Below, one piece after another: positions 28,580-37,547 of a DNA stretch of 64,000 nucleotides; position 1 is the stretch's first letter, and each line of letters begins with the position of its first letter. This stretch comes from an uncultured Actinomycetes bacterium (GTDB lineage: Bacteria; Actinomycetota; UBA4738; HRBIN12): contig CAVZKB010000015.1 in assembly GCA_963775755.1 (NCBI GenBank), positions 14,380 through 78,379 on the forward strand. The letters run 5' to 3'. Both the position numbers and the translations under genes were made by a program. A model generated the notes under the pieces. It searched no databases. It was not told the DNA's origin and worked only from the letters and a program-made list of their open reading frames with translations.

Positions 28580-28873
28580 GTGCCGGAGGGCGAGGCCCGC
28601 CGCTTCGAGGTCGGCGGCCGCCCGTTCGCCGTGACGAACCTCGGCGAGGACGGGTTCCGGGTCGTCGACGCGATCTGCTCGCACGCGCACTACTTCCTGG
28701 ACGAGGGCGAGGTCGACGTCGACGACCAGACGATCGAGTGTCCGAAGCACGGCTCCACGTTCGACCTGAACACGGGGAGGCCCACGACGCTGCCGGCCAC
28801 GCTGCCGGTGGACGTGTTCCCCGTCAAGACCGAAGGCGACGACATCCTGATCGAGGTGCCAAGTGACGAGTGA
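28580..28873 (+). CDS. Rieske [2Fe-2S] ferredoxin-like protein of the suf operon (N-terminus apparently frame-shifted)
   Basis: Rieske ligands CSHAHY ... CPKHGS. The expected N-terminus MTLVKVCAVS is encoded from ATG 28546 (overlapping the sufD stop) in another frame, with a single extra G near 28576. Confidence 0.85.
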   Translation: MPEGEARRFEVGGRPFAVTNLGEDGFRVVDAICSHAHYFLDEGEVDVDDQTIECPKHGSTFDLNTGRPTTLPATLPVDVFPVKTEGDDILIEVPSDE

Positions 28874-29663
28874 GATGACTGAGACGAACGGCGCAGCGAC
28901 GCTCGAGATCACCGACCTGCACGCAACGGTCGAGGGCAAGGAGATCCTCAAGGGGATCGACCTGGTCGTGAAGCAGGGAGAGACCCATGCCCTCATGGGA
29001 CCGAACGGCTCGGGAAAGTCGACCCTGTCGAACGTGATCATGGGTCGACCCGGGTACACGGTCACGCAGGGCAAGGTGGTCTTCAAGGGCGAGGACATCA
29101 CGAAGCTCACGCCGGACGAGCGCGCCAAGCGCGGGCTCTTCCTGGCGATGCAGTACCCGACCGAGGTGCCGGGTGTCTCCGTCGTGAACTTCCTGCGGAC
29201 CGCCTACATCGCGGTGAAGGGTGAGCAGGTGAGCGCGCTCGCCTTCCGCAGGCACATGAAGGAGAAGATGGACGTCCTCGGTGTCGAGGACTCCATGGTG
29301 CAGCGCTACGTCAACCAGGGCTTCTCCGGCGGCGAGAAGAAGAAGAACGAGGTCCTGCAGCTGGCGGTGCTCGAGCCGCAGATCGCCATCCTGGATGAGA
29401 CCGACTCCGGACTCGACATCGATTCGCTGAAGTCGGTGGCGACCGGCGTGAGCGAGCTGGTCGGCCCCCACCTCGGTGTGCTGCTCATCACCCACTACCA
29501 ACGCATGCTCGACTACATCACGCCCGATAAGGTCCACGTGATGATGAAGGGTCGTATCGTGAAGACCGGCGGTGCCGAGCTGGCTCACGAGCTCGAAGCC
29601 AAGGGGTACGAGGGCGTCCGCGACGAGCTGGGTCTGGAAGCGGACGCGACCGCTGAGAGTTGA
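28863..29663 (+). CDS. sufC: Fe-S cluster assembly ATPase SufC
   Basis: Walker A GPNGSGKST, ABC signature FSGGEKKK, Walker B ILDETDSGLD. ATG 28875 is an alternative start. Confidence 0.95.
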   Translation: MTSEMTETNGAATLEITDLHATVEGKEILKGIDLVVKQGETHALMGPNGSGKSTLSNVIMGRPGYTVTQGKVVFKGEDITKLTPDERAKRGLFLAMQYPTEVPGVSVVNFLRTAYIAVKGEQVSALAFRRHMKEKMDVLGVEDSMVQRYVNQGFSGGEKKKNEVLQLAVLEPQIAILDETDSGLDIDSLKSVATGVSELVGPHLGVLLITHYQRMLDYITPDKVHVMMKGRIVKTGGAELAHELEAKGYEGVRDELGLEADATAES

Positions 29664-29676
29664 GCCGGAGGCGACC

Positions 29677-30915
29677 ATGACGGGGCACATCGGGGGACTG
29701 GACGTCGAGCGGATCCGCGGAGATTTCCCCATCCTCGCGCGCAAGGTGGGCGACCGGGCGCTGGTGTACCTGGATAGCGCCGCCACGTCCCAGAAGCCGC
29801 AGCAGGTGATCGATGCCGTCTCCGACTTCTACGCGCAGCACAACGCGAACGCGCATCGAGGCCTCTACATGCTGGGCGAGGAGGCTACGGAGCTCTTCGA
29901 GGGCGCTCGGGCGAACCTCGCCCGGTTCTTCGGTGCCCCCGGGCCCGAGACCATCGTGTTCACCCGCGGAACCACGGAGTCGATGAACCTGGTCGCGCAG
30001 GGATGGGGCCGCAAGTTCCTGACCGAAGGCGATGAAGTGTTGCTCACGGAGATGGAGCACCACTCGAACATCGTGCCGTGGCAGATGACGGTCGCCGTCA
30101 CGGGCGCCACCTTGAAGTACATCCCGCTCACGGACGACGGCCAGCTCGACCTGTCCGACCTGGGCTCGCTCCTCACCGAACGGACGAAGATCCTGTCCGT
30201 CACCGGCATGTCGAACGCGCTCGGCACGATCACGCCGCTCCGCCAGTTGATCGATGCGGCGCACGCCGTCGGCGCGGTCGTCGCCGTGGACGGAGCGCAG
30301 CTCGCGCCCCACCACGCGATCGACGTGTCGGCGCTCGACTGCGAGTTCCTGACGTTCAGCGGTCACAAGATGCTCGGACCCACCGCCTCTGGGGGCCTCT
30401 ACGGCAAGGCCGAGATGCTCGATGCGATGGACCCGATGTTCGGGGGCGGCGAGATGATCCACGAGGTATTCCACGATCGCAGCACGTTCAAGGCGATCCC
30501 GTACAAGTTCGAGGCGGGCACCATGCAGATCGCGCAGCAGGTCGGCTTGGGTGCGGCCGTCGACTACCTGAACGCGATGGGCATGGACGTCGTCCGCGCA
30601 CACGAGGAGGAGATCACCCGCTACGCGCTCGACCGGCTGATCGATGCCGGGGCCACGGTCTTCGGCCCGAAGGATCCCAGCATCCGGGGAGGCGCGGTGA
30701 GCTTCTGGTACAAGGACGTCCACCCGCACGATCTGGCGACGATCCTGAACGAGGACGGCGTCGCGATCCGGGCGGGGCACCATTGCGCGCAGCTCGTGAT
30801 GCGGCGTTTCGACACGCCCGCCACGGCGCGCGCGTCGTTCTACATCTACAACACCAAGGAAGAGGTCGACGTCCTGGTCGAGAGCCTGGCCAAGGCTGAA
30901 GCGATCTTCATCTAG
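29677..30915 (+). CDS. sufS: Cysteine desulfurase SufS (group II)
   Basis: 412 aa. PLP lysine context FSGHKMLGP and active-site Cys RAGHHCAQ. ATG 29677 follows GGAGG. Confidence 0.9.
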   Translation: MTGHIGGLDVERIRGDFPILARKVGDRALVYLDSAATSQKPQQVIDAVSDFYAQHNANAHRGLYMLGEEATELFEGARANLARFFGAPGPETIVFTRGTTESMNLVAQGWGRKFLTEGDEVLLTEMEHHSNIVPWQMTVAVTGATLKYIPLTDDGQLDLSDLGSLLTERTKILSVTGMSNALGTITPLRQLIDAAHAVGAVVAVDGAQLAPHHAIDVSALDCEFLTFSGHKMLGPTASGGLYGKAEMLDAMDPMFGGGEMIHEVFHDRSTFKAIPYKFEAGTMQIAQQVGLGAAVDYLNAMGMDVVRAHEEEITRYALDRLIDAGATVFGPKDPSIRGGAVSFWYKDVHPHDLATILNEDGVAIRAGHHCAQLVMRRFDTPATARASFYIYNTKEEVDVLVESLAKAEAIFI

Positions 30916-30931
30916 GAACGGCGGAGGCACG

Positions 30932-31387
30932 ATGGCGCTCGACGACATCTACAAGGAAGTGATCCTCGATCACTACAAGAACCCGCGGAACAAGCGCTTC
31001 CTCCCGGGGGCCGAACTGAGTTGCACCCGGAACAACCCACTCTGCGGCGACGAGATCACCGTGTTCGTCCACGAGGACGGCGACACGATCGCAGAGGTGG
31101 CCTTCCAGGGAGCCGGATGCTCCATCTCGCAGTCCAGCGCCTCGATGATGACCGAGGCGGTGACCGGCAAGCATGTCGACCAGGTCAAGGCGCTCGCGGC
31201 TGACTTCCGGGGGATGATGGCGGGCGAGGTCGAGCCCGACGAGGACGGGTTCGGCGACCTGGTTGCGCTCAAGGGCGTGGTGAAGTACCCCATCCGTATC
31301 AAGTGTGCCGTGTTGGCGTGGGACGTGCTCCAGGAAGCGCTCGACGGCACAGGATCCGCCAGCGGCTCCGCACCGCACTCGGTCTGA
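30932..31387 (+). CDS. sufU: SufU/IscU-like sulfur acceptor
   Basis: 151 aa. Conserved Cys ligands in NPLCGDE, GAGCSIS and IKCAVLAW, plus the N-terminal YKEVILDHYKNPRN. Confidence 0.9.
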   Translation: MALDDIYKEVILDHYKNPRNKRFLPGAELSCTRNNPLCGDEITVFVHEDGDTIAEVAFQGAGCSISQSSASMMTEAVTGKHVDQVKALAADFRGMMAGEVEPDEDGFGDLVALKGVVKYPIRIKCAVLAWDVLQEALDGTGSASGSAPHSV

Positions 31388-31392
31388 GCCTC

Positions 31393-31398
31393 TAGGCT
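31393..31398 (+). promoter_or_regulatory. -10 hexamer TAGGCT for a leaderless cax transcript
   Basis: Lies 7 nt upstream of the GTG start at 31406, with no SD in between. Confidence 0.4.
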
Positions 31399-31405
31399 CG
31401 GCCGC

Positions 31406-32461
31406 GTGAACTTCCGCCCGTCCCTCGACCAGCTGCTGGTGCTCGCTCCGGTCGCGATCGGCCTGCGGCTGCTCGGAGCGCCCGACCTGGCGATCTTCCT
31501 CACGTCCGCCGCGGCGATCGTGCCGCTCGCGGGACTGATCGGGCGAGCGACCGAGCAGCTCGCGATGCACACGGGGCCGAGGATCGGGGGGTTGGTCAAC
31601 GCGACGTTCGGCAACGTCACCGAGCTGATCATCTCGATCTTCCTGATCCTCGACGACCGGATCGAGATCGTGAAGGCGTCGTTGACGGGCTCGATCCTCG
31701 GGAACCTCCTGCTGGTCCTCGGGCTCTCGCTGTTCGTGGGCGGGGTGAAGCACGACCGTCAGTCGTTCAACGTGCGGTCGGCGTCGGTGCACGCCACGTC
31801 GCTCGCCCTCGCGGTCACGGGTCTCCTGATGCCGGCGCTCTTCTCGCTCGGCACCCGCGCCACGTTCGCGGAGCGAGAGATCGTGAGCGGCGTCGTCGCC
31901 GGGGTGCTGATCCTGATGTACGTCGCTGCGCTGGTGTTCACGCTCGTGACGCACGAGCACCTGTTTCGCACACCGCAGGAAGACGAGACGCCGTCGTGGT
32001 CCCGGCGCGAAGCGGTGGTGGTGCTGCTCGTCACGACCGCGGTCGTCGCGCTGATGTCCGAGTTCCTCGTCAGCTCGCTCGAGCCGGCCTTGGAGTCGCT
32101 CGGCCTGTCCGAGCTCTTCGTGGGGCTGATCCTGATCCCGGTGATCGGCAACGCGGCGGAACACTCCTCCGCGGTGATGTTCGCGCTCAGGAACAAGGTC
32201 GACGTGACGCTCGAGATCGCGATCGGATCCTCGACGCAGATCGCGCTGTTCGTGGCGCCGGTCCTCGTCTTCATCAGCCTGGGGGTCGGGCACCCGATGG
32301 ACTTCGTGTTCAGCACGTTCGAGGTCGCCGCCGTCGGGTTGTCGGCGCTGCTCATGACGCTGATCTCGCTCGACGGGGAAAGCAACTGGCTGGAAGGCGC
32401 CCAGTTGGTAGGCGCGTACGTCATCATGGCCATCTCGTTCTTCTTCGTGGAGCACCTGTGA
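31406..32461 (+). CDS. Ca2+/H+ antiporter (CaCA/CAX family)
   Basis: 351 aa, about 11 hydrophobic segments. Two alpha-repeat motifs, GNVTELIIS and GNAAEHSSAV. Confidence 0.85.
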   Translation: MNFRPSLDQLLVLAPVAIGLRLLGAPDLAIFLTSAAAIVPLAGLIGRATEQLAMHTGPRIGGLVNATFGNVTELIISIFLILDDRIEIVKASLTGSILGNLLLVLGLSLFVGGVKHDRQSFNVRSASVHATSLALAVTGLLMPALFSLGTRATFAEREIVSGVVAGVLILMYVAALVFTLVTHEHLFRTPQEDETPSWSRREAVVVLLVTTAVVALMSEFLVSSLEPALESLGLSELFVGLILIPVIGNAAEHSSAVMFALRNKVDVTLEIAIGSSTQIALFVAPVLVFISLGVGHPMDFVFSTFEVAAVGLSALLMTLISLDGESNWLEGAQLVGAYVIMAISFFFVEHL

Positions 32462-34257
32462 AACGACTCATGATCGTGGCTCTCGTGGCCGTCGCGGCGA
32501 CGGCGCTGGGTGCGGGCGCGCCCGCGAGGGCGCAGACGGGCGAGTCGATCCATTCTTACCGCGTCAGGATCGACATCCGCCCCGACGACTCGATACGGAT
32601 CACCGAGGTCATCGAGTACGACTTCGGTTCCTCGCAGCACCACGGGATCTTCCGGGACGTACCGACCCGCGAGACGTACGACGACCGGTACGACCGGGTG
32701 TTCCCGCTGCACGTCGAGTCGGTTTCGGCCACCGGTGGCGCATCCGCGCAGTTCGAAGTCTCGAACGAACCGGGTGGCATCACGCGGATCAAGATCGGCG
32801 ACCCGGACGCGACGACGTCCGGCGTCCACACGTACGCGATCGTCTACACGGTGGATGCGGCCATGAACGGCTTCGCCGATCACGATGAGCTGTACTGGAA
32901 CGCGATCGGCGACCAGTGGTCCGTTCCTGTCGAGCACGCGACCGCGACCGTCAACGCCCCGGCCGGGATCCTGGACACCGTGTGCTACGCGGGTCCGGTC
33001 AGGGCGACCACGTCCTGCGACAAGCAGAAGGTCATGGGCGAAACCGCCCGGTTCACGCAGTCGGGTCTCTTCCCGTTCGAGGCGTTCACCGTCGTGGTGG
33101 CGCTGCCGAAGGGCTCCGTCGCCGAGCCGCATCCGCGACTCGTCGAGCCGTGGAGCTTCGGTCGGGCGTTCTCGAGGACGCCGATCTCCCTCGGCGTGTC
33201 CGTTGGACTCCTGGCGCTCCTGGTCGCCGGCTGCGTCTGGCTGTTCTGGACCCGCGGCCGGGACCGCCGGTTCGTGGGCTCGCCCGTGGACCAGACGCTG
33301 GGGAATCCGACCGGCGACTCTCAGGCCGTGCCGTTGTTCGAGCGCGGCGTCGCTCCGGTGGAGTTCGCGCCGCCGGAGGACCTACGGCCGGGGCAGGTCG
33401 GCACCATCGTCGACGAGCAGGCGAACACGCTCGACGTGACCGCGACGATCATCGACCTGGCCGTCCGCGGTTACCTCACGATCGAGGAGATCCCCAAGGA
33501 GGGCTGGTTCGGCAAGCCGGACTGGACGCTCCATCGGACGGACAAGGCCGACGGAGATCTCCTCACCTACGAGCGGACGTTGCTCACAGGTCTGTTCAAG
33601 GATGGGAACGATCCGGCGCTCTCGAGCCTGAAGCGGACGTTCTCGGAGCGGCTGGCCAAGGTCGAGGACGAACTCTACGCGGACGCCGTCAAGCGAGGGT
33701 GGTTCGTGAAGCGCCCCGACAAGGTGCGGGAGTCCTGGCACGCGCGCGGGGCGCTCCTGTTCGTCGCCGGCCTGGCGCTCACGTTCGTCCTGGCGAGATG
33801 GACCACGTTCGGGCTCGCGGGCGTCCCGGTCGTGCTGGCAGGGCTGCTCCTCACGGTCGGCGCGCGCTGGATGCCGAGCAAGACCGCGAAGGGAACCGCG
33901 ATCGCCCGGCGGGTCGGAGGCTTCCGAACCGTCATCGAGACGGCCGAGACCCACATGTCGCGGTGGGCGGAGGAGCAGAACGTCTTCACGCGGTATCTGC
34001 CCTACGCGATCGTGTTCGGGTGCACGGAGAGATGGGCGAAGGCGTTCGAGGGGCTCCAGCTCATGCCGCCCGACACGACGTGGTACCGGTCGACCCGGCC
34101 CTTCATCTACGCGGACTTCGGTCGCACGCTGGACGACTTCTCGGTCACGACCGGTGGCACGATCGCCTCGACACCCGCGTCGTCGGGCTCGAGCGGGTTC
34201 TCAGGCGGCGGGTCCTCCGGCGGAGGCGGCGGCGGAGGCGGCGGCGGGTCCTGGTGA
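32458..34257 (+). CDS. DUF2207-like membrane protein with C-terminal poly-Gly tail
   Basis: GTG overlaps the cax stop (GTGA). Signal peptide MKRLMIVALVAVAATALGAGAPARA, a large ectodomain, several TM helices, and the tail GFSGGGSSGGGGGGGGGGSW. Confidence 0.75.
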   Translation: MKRLMIVALVAVAATALGAGAPARAQTGESIHSYRVRIDIRPDDSIRITEVIEYDFGSSQHHGIFRDVPTRETYDDRYDRVFPLHVESVSATGGASAQFEVSNEPGGITRIKIGDPDATTSGVHTYAIVYTVDAAMNGFADHDELYWNAIGDQWSVPVEHATATVNAPAGILDTVCYAGPVRATTSCDKQKVMGETARFTQSGLFPFEAFTVVVALPKGSVAEPHPRLVEPWSFGRAFSRTPISLGVSVGLLALLVAGCVWLFWTRGRDRRFVGSPVDQTLGNPTGDSQAVPLFERGVAPVEFAPPEDLRPGQVGTIVDEQANTLDVTATIIDLAVRGYLTIEEIPKEGWFGKPDWTLHRTDKADGDLLTYERTLLTGLFKDGNDPALSSLKRTFSERLAKVEDELYADAVKRGWFVKRPDKVRESWHARGALLFVAGLALTFVLARWTTFGLAGVPVVLAGLLLTVGARWMPSKTAKGTAIARRVGGFRTVIETAETHMSRWAEEQNVFTRYLPYAIVFGCTERWAKAFEGLQLMPPDTTWYRSTRPFIYADFGRTLDDFSVTTGGTIASTPASSGSSGFSGGGSSGGGGGGGGGGSW

Positions 34258-34275
34258 CCCGTAGCATGGGTCGCC

Positions 34276-35268
34276 GTGCGCATCGCCTTCTCTGAGGACC
34301 CGCAGGATTTCGTCGCCCGGGATTGGTTCGGGCTGGTTGACGCGGATCCTGCCGGAACGTTCTTCCACACGCCGGAGTACCTGAAGATCTATTGGGAGGA
34401 GTTCGGGGAGACGCCCGAGCACCTCCTGCTCGCGTTCGCCGAAGACGACGACGGCGCCCAGGTCGGCGCCGTGGCGTTCGAGCGCATCGGGACGACGCTC
34501 CGCTTCCTGGGGGGGACCGAGGTGACGGACTACATGGGTCCGGTCGCACTCCCGCACGCGCAAGGAAGCATGGCCGAGGAGCTCTGGGCGGGCCTGCTGC
34601 AACGAGACGACTGGACCGACGCGGACCTCCGCGGGCTCCCTGAGGATCGCGCGTGGCTCGGCCTGTTGCGGGACGCCGCGACCGCGCAGGGCGTGACCGT
34701 GAAGGAGACCGAGGACCAGAACGGGGTCGCCCCGTTCCTGCCGCTTCCGGCTACGTGGGACGCGTACCTCGAAGGCATCCCCTCGAAGCTCCGTCACGAG
34801 ATCAAGCGGAAGGCGCGCAAGCTCGAGGCCGAGACCGGGCCGTTCGCGATCGTCACCGCGACCGAGGAGACGCTGATCCCGTTCCTCGACCGATTCGTCG
34901 AGCTGCACCGGATGAGCGAGGGTCCGAAGGGCGTGTTCATGCAGCCCGGGATGGAGATCTTCTTCCGCAGGCTCGGCGAAGCGTTCGGACCGCGAGGCAT
35001 CTTCCGGCTCACGTTCATCGAGGTGGGCGGCGTGAGGGCCGCCGGGACGATCGGGTTCTGCTTCAGCGGCACGTTCTTCCTGTACAACTCCGCGTTCGAC
35101 AGGGACCTGCAGCGACTCGCCCCCGGCATGGTGCTCGTGGCGGAGGACATCCGGCTCGCCATCGAGGACGGTTGCGACGGGTTCGACCTCCTCAAGGGCG
35201 ACTACTCGTACAAGTACCGGTTCGGATCCCATCCGCGGGCGATCCGTCGGCTGATCGTCGGTCGCTAG
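34276..35268 (+). CDS. GNAT-fold acyltransferase (BioF2-like/CelD-type)
   Basis: 330 aa. The C-terminal half has a typical FemAB/CelD-like GNAT region (FLYNSAFDRDLQRLAPGMVL, DLLKGDYSYKYRFG). Confidence 0.65.
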   Translation: MRIAFSEDPQDFVARDWFGLVDADPAGTFFHTPEYLKIYWEEFGETPEHLLLAFAEDDDGAQVGAVAFERIGTTLRFLGGTEVTDYMGPVALPHAQGSMAEELWAGLLQRDDWTDADLRGLPEDRAWLGLLRDAATAQGVTVKETEDQNGVAPFLPLPATWDAYLEGIPSKLRHEIKRKARKLEAETGPFAIVTATEETLIPFLDRFVELHRMSEGPKGVFMQPGMEIFFRRLGEAFGPRGIFRLTFIEVGGVRAAGTIGFCFSGTFFLYNSAFDRDLQRLAPGMVLVAEDIRLAIEDGCDGFDLLKGDYSYKYRFGSHPRAIRRLIVGR

Positions 35269-35996
35269 GCGACGGCGATGTCGGCGGTCGCGAGGACGGT
35301 TCCGTCTTCGGCGGTCACCGTCACGTGGTCGAATGGCGTGAGGTCGCTCGACGTCACGAGCCAGGTCGCGGCGTCGCCGTCGGGCTGGAACGTGAGTTTC
35401 CCGGCGTCGATCGTGGTGGGACCGGATCCTGCGCCTCCGCTGCTGCTGGAGAACGTGACGGTGGCGGAGCCGGACACGCCGGGCGCGCGGACGAGCACGA
35501 TCCCCCAGGACTGCCCCTGATGCGAGTCGTAGAGGACGACGCTTCCCTCCAGCGGGTGCGTGACGTGTGAGTCGAGCGTGCCGATCCGGAACTCCTTGCC
35601 GCCGAGCGTGCTGAGCACGTTGTGATAGCTCGCTGCGTCACCGGCCGCGAGGTTCGCCCGGTGCGTCTGCGAGAGTCCCCAGCCGAGCGCGATCGCAACG
35701 GCCGCGATCGCCGCCGCGCGCCCGATCCACTGCGCACGGCGAGCGACCGGTCGTGCCGCGTCGGCATCGCGCCATTCCTGTTCCAGCGTCGTTACGACTC
35801 GGTCGTGCAGCTCCGGCGGCGGCGTGCGGTCGTGTGTCGCGCGCGCGAACAACTCGACGCCCTCGGACAATGCCGTCATCTCGGTTCGGCACCCGCCGCA
35901 TCCGCGGAGGTGGCGGCGGACCTCGAGGTCCTCGGGGCCCTCGAGCGTGCCGAGCAGATGCTCAGGCAGCAGCTCGCGCACTTCGTCACAGGTCAC
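35265..35996 (-). CDS. Anti-sigma factor (zf-HC2 type, single TM)
   Basis: N-terminal H-x3-C-x2-C motif (HLRGCGGC) and a central TM helix (IGRAAAIAAVAIALGWGL). Start overlaps the stop of the upstream ECF sigma gene. Confidence 0.75.
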   Translation of the reverse strand: MTCDEVRELLPEHLLGTLEGPEDLEVRRHLRGCGGCRTEMTALSEGVELFARATHDRTPPPELHDRVVTTLEQEWRDADAARPVARRAQWIGRAAAIAAVAIALGWGLSQTHRANLAAGDAASYHNVLSTLGGKEFRIGTLDSHVTHPLEGSVVLYDSHQGQSWGIVLVRAPGVSGSATVTFSSSSGGAGSGPTTIDAGKLTFQPDGDAATWLVTSSDLTPFDHVTVTAEDGTVLATADIAVA

Positions 35997-36564
35997 GTTG
36001 TTCCTCCGCCATGGCCTCCCGCAGGCGCATGAGCGCCGTGCGGATCCTCGTCTTCGCGGTCCCGATCGGTATGCCTTCCATCTCGGCGACCTCGGCGCTG
36101 GTCTTGCCGCCGAAATACGCCAGCTCCAGGGCCGCCCGCTGTTCGCCGGACAGCCGTTCCATCGCGCTTCGGGCTCGCGCGGCCATGTCCGCGGTCGCCG
36201 CGAGCTCGTCGGGCAGCGGACGCTGGTCCGCCTCGGGCGGCCGTCCGAGCGTCTCCAGCGATCGTGCCTCGAGCACGCGCCGCCTGAGCGCGTCGATCGC
36301 GAGCGAGCGCGCCGCGAGCAGGACCCAGGTCTCCAGCTTGCCCCGCGACGCGTCGTAGCGATCGGCGCTCCGCCAGAGTTTCACGAACGTGTCCTGCACC
36401 AGATCCTGCGCTGCGGCGTCGCTGCCCAGCATGACGATCCCCAGTCCGTAGATCCGTGAGGCGAAGCGGGCGTAGAGCACGTCGGCAGCGGGCGCGTCGC
36501 GGCGCGCGAAGCGCTGCATCAGCGCCGCGTCGGACTCGGGCTCTCTCGATCGCACTCGCAGCAC
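35986..36564 (-). CDS. ECF-type RNA polymerase sigma factor
   Basis: 192 aa. Region 2 (DLVQDTFVKLW) and region 4 HTH (SAEVAEMEGIPIGTAKTRIRTAL). Confidence 0.9.
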   Translation of the reverse strand: MLRVRSREPESDAALMQRFARRDAPAADVLYARFASRIYGLGIVMLGSDAAAQDLVQDTFVKLWRSADRYDASRGKLETWVLLAARSLAIDALRRRVLEARSLETLGRPPEADQRPLPDELAATADMAARARSAMERLSGEQRAALELAYFGGKTSAEVAEMEGIPIGTAKTRIRTALMRLREAMAEEQRDL

Positions 36565-36618
36565 GGTACTCGCATGGTGTACGAACGGGAAAGCGAACGG
36601 GCTTGCGAGTGGGACCGA

Positions 36619-37518
36619 CTAGGGGTACGAGCGGATGTGCCGGACGACGCTCTCGGCGATGCTTGTCTCGCCGCCGAGCACCACGTTGCCGGAGTCCAGG
36701 ACGTCGTCCACGGAGAGTCGGTGAGCCGACATGAGCGCGAACTGCGGCGCCCGGCCCTGGATGAACGCGTCGGGCTTCTTGTCGGATGGCGGCGCCTCGC
36801 CGGACCCCAGACCCCAGTGCCACGAGCCCCCGCCCGCGCCCTCGAGATCGATCTGGACGCTCGCGCCCTGGAGGTCGATGCCCGCTTCCCCGAGCGTCCA
36901 GGGCAGCATCCGCACGCCCATGTCGACCGTCAGGAAGATGGGCCAGTGCTGGATCTGCGGACCGAGGCCCGTGGTCGCGCGGATGTCCTCGCCGTGGACC
37001 CACCACTCCACGACCCGTGATTGCACCAGGTACCTGGCCGCGATGGGTCCCAGGAGCCACGGGAACCGTTCGTCGCGCCATGCGTCGTCGGAGAGGGCTG
37101 CGGCGAAGTCCAGAGCCGCCTCGGCGGCCTGTCCCCACGTCGTCAGCACGTCGCGGAACGGAAGGCCGCTGCGGTTGTTCACCAGATAGGTGTTGAGCCC
37201 GTCGACGGTGAATGGGTCGTCCGACGGGAGACCGGCGCGATACGCGTCGATCTCCTCGGCCGGGTCGCCCCGCAGCAGGTGGGCGGCCGCGGTGTCCTGT
37301 CCGCCCATGTGCGCCACGACGTCGCGGTTCCACCAGCCCGGACAGGCGCTCGGTTGTTCCCAGCTCTCGGGCGGCGCGTACTGCATCGTCCGCCCCAGCC
37401 GCTGGCGTTCGGCGTGCGCGATCCCGAGCAGCTGTTCCCTTGATCGGCTCACGTCGGAAGCGTTCCTTCTCGTTCGGTCGCGGTCCCATCGGTTCTCCCG
37501 GGCGGGTGAACCGTTCAC
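36619..37518 (-). CDS. Mycothiol-dependent maleylpyruvate isomerase-family (DinB/TIGR03083-like) protein
   Basis: N-terminal metal-binding DinB-like region (ERQRLGRTM..W.QPSACPGWWNRDVVAHMGG). The likely true start is GTG 37452. Confidence 0.65.
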   Translation of the reverse strand: MNGSPARENRWDRDRTRRNASDVSRSREQLLGIAHAERQRLGRTMQYAPPESWEQPSACPGWWNRDVVAHMGGQDTAAAHLLRGDPAEEIDAYRAGLPSDDPFTVDGLNTYLVNNRSGLPFRDVLTTWGQAAEAALDFAAALSDDAWRDERFPWLLGPIAARYLVQSRVVEWWVHGEDIRATTGLGPQIQHWPIFLTVDMGVRMLPWTLGEAGIDLQGASVQIDLEGAGGGSWHWGLGSGEAPPSDKKPDAFIQGRAPQFALMSAHRLSVDDVLDSGNVVLGGETSIAESVVRHIRSYP

Positions 37519-37547
37519 GTCCGGCGCGGCATCGTAGCATCGGCCGG

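Noticed and set aside
34195-34257. GGC/GGA-rich simple repeat.
   Set aside because: It is in frame and encodes the poly-Gly tail of the DUF2207 protein. It is not a non-coding microsatellite or a CRISPR-like repeat.
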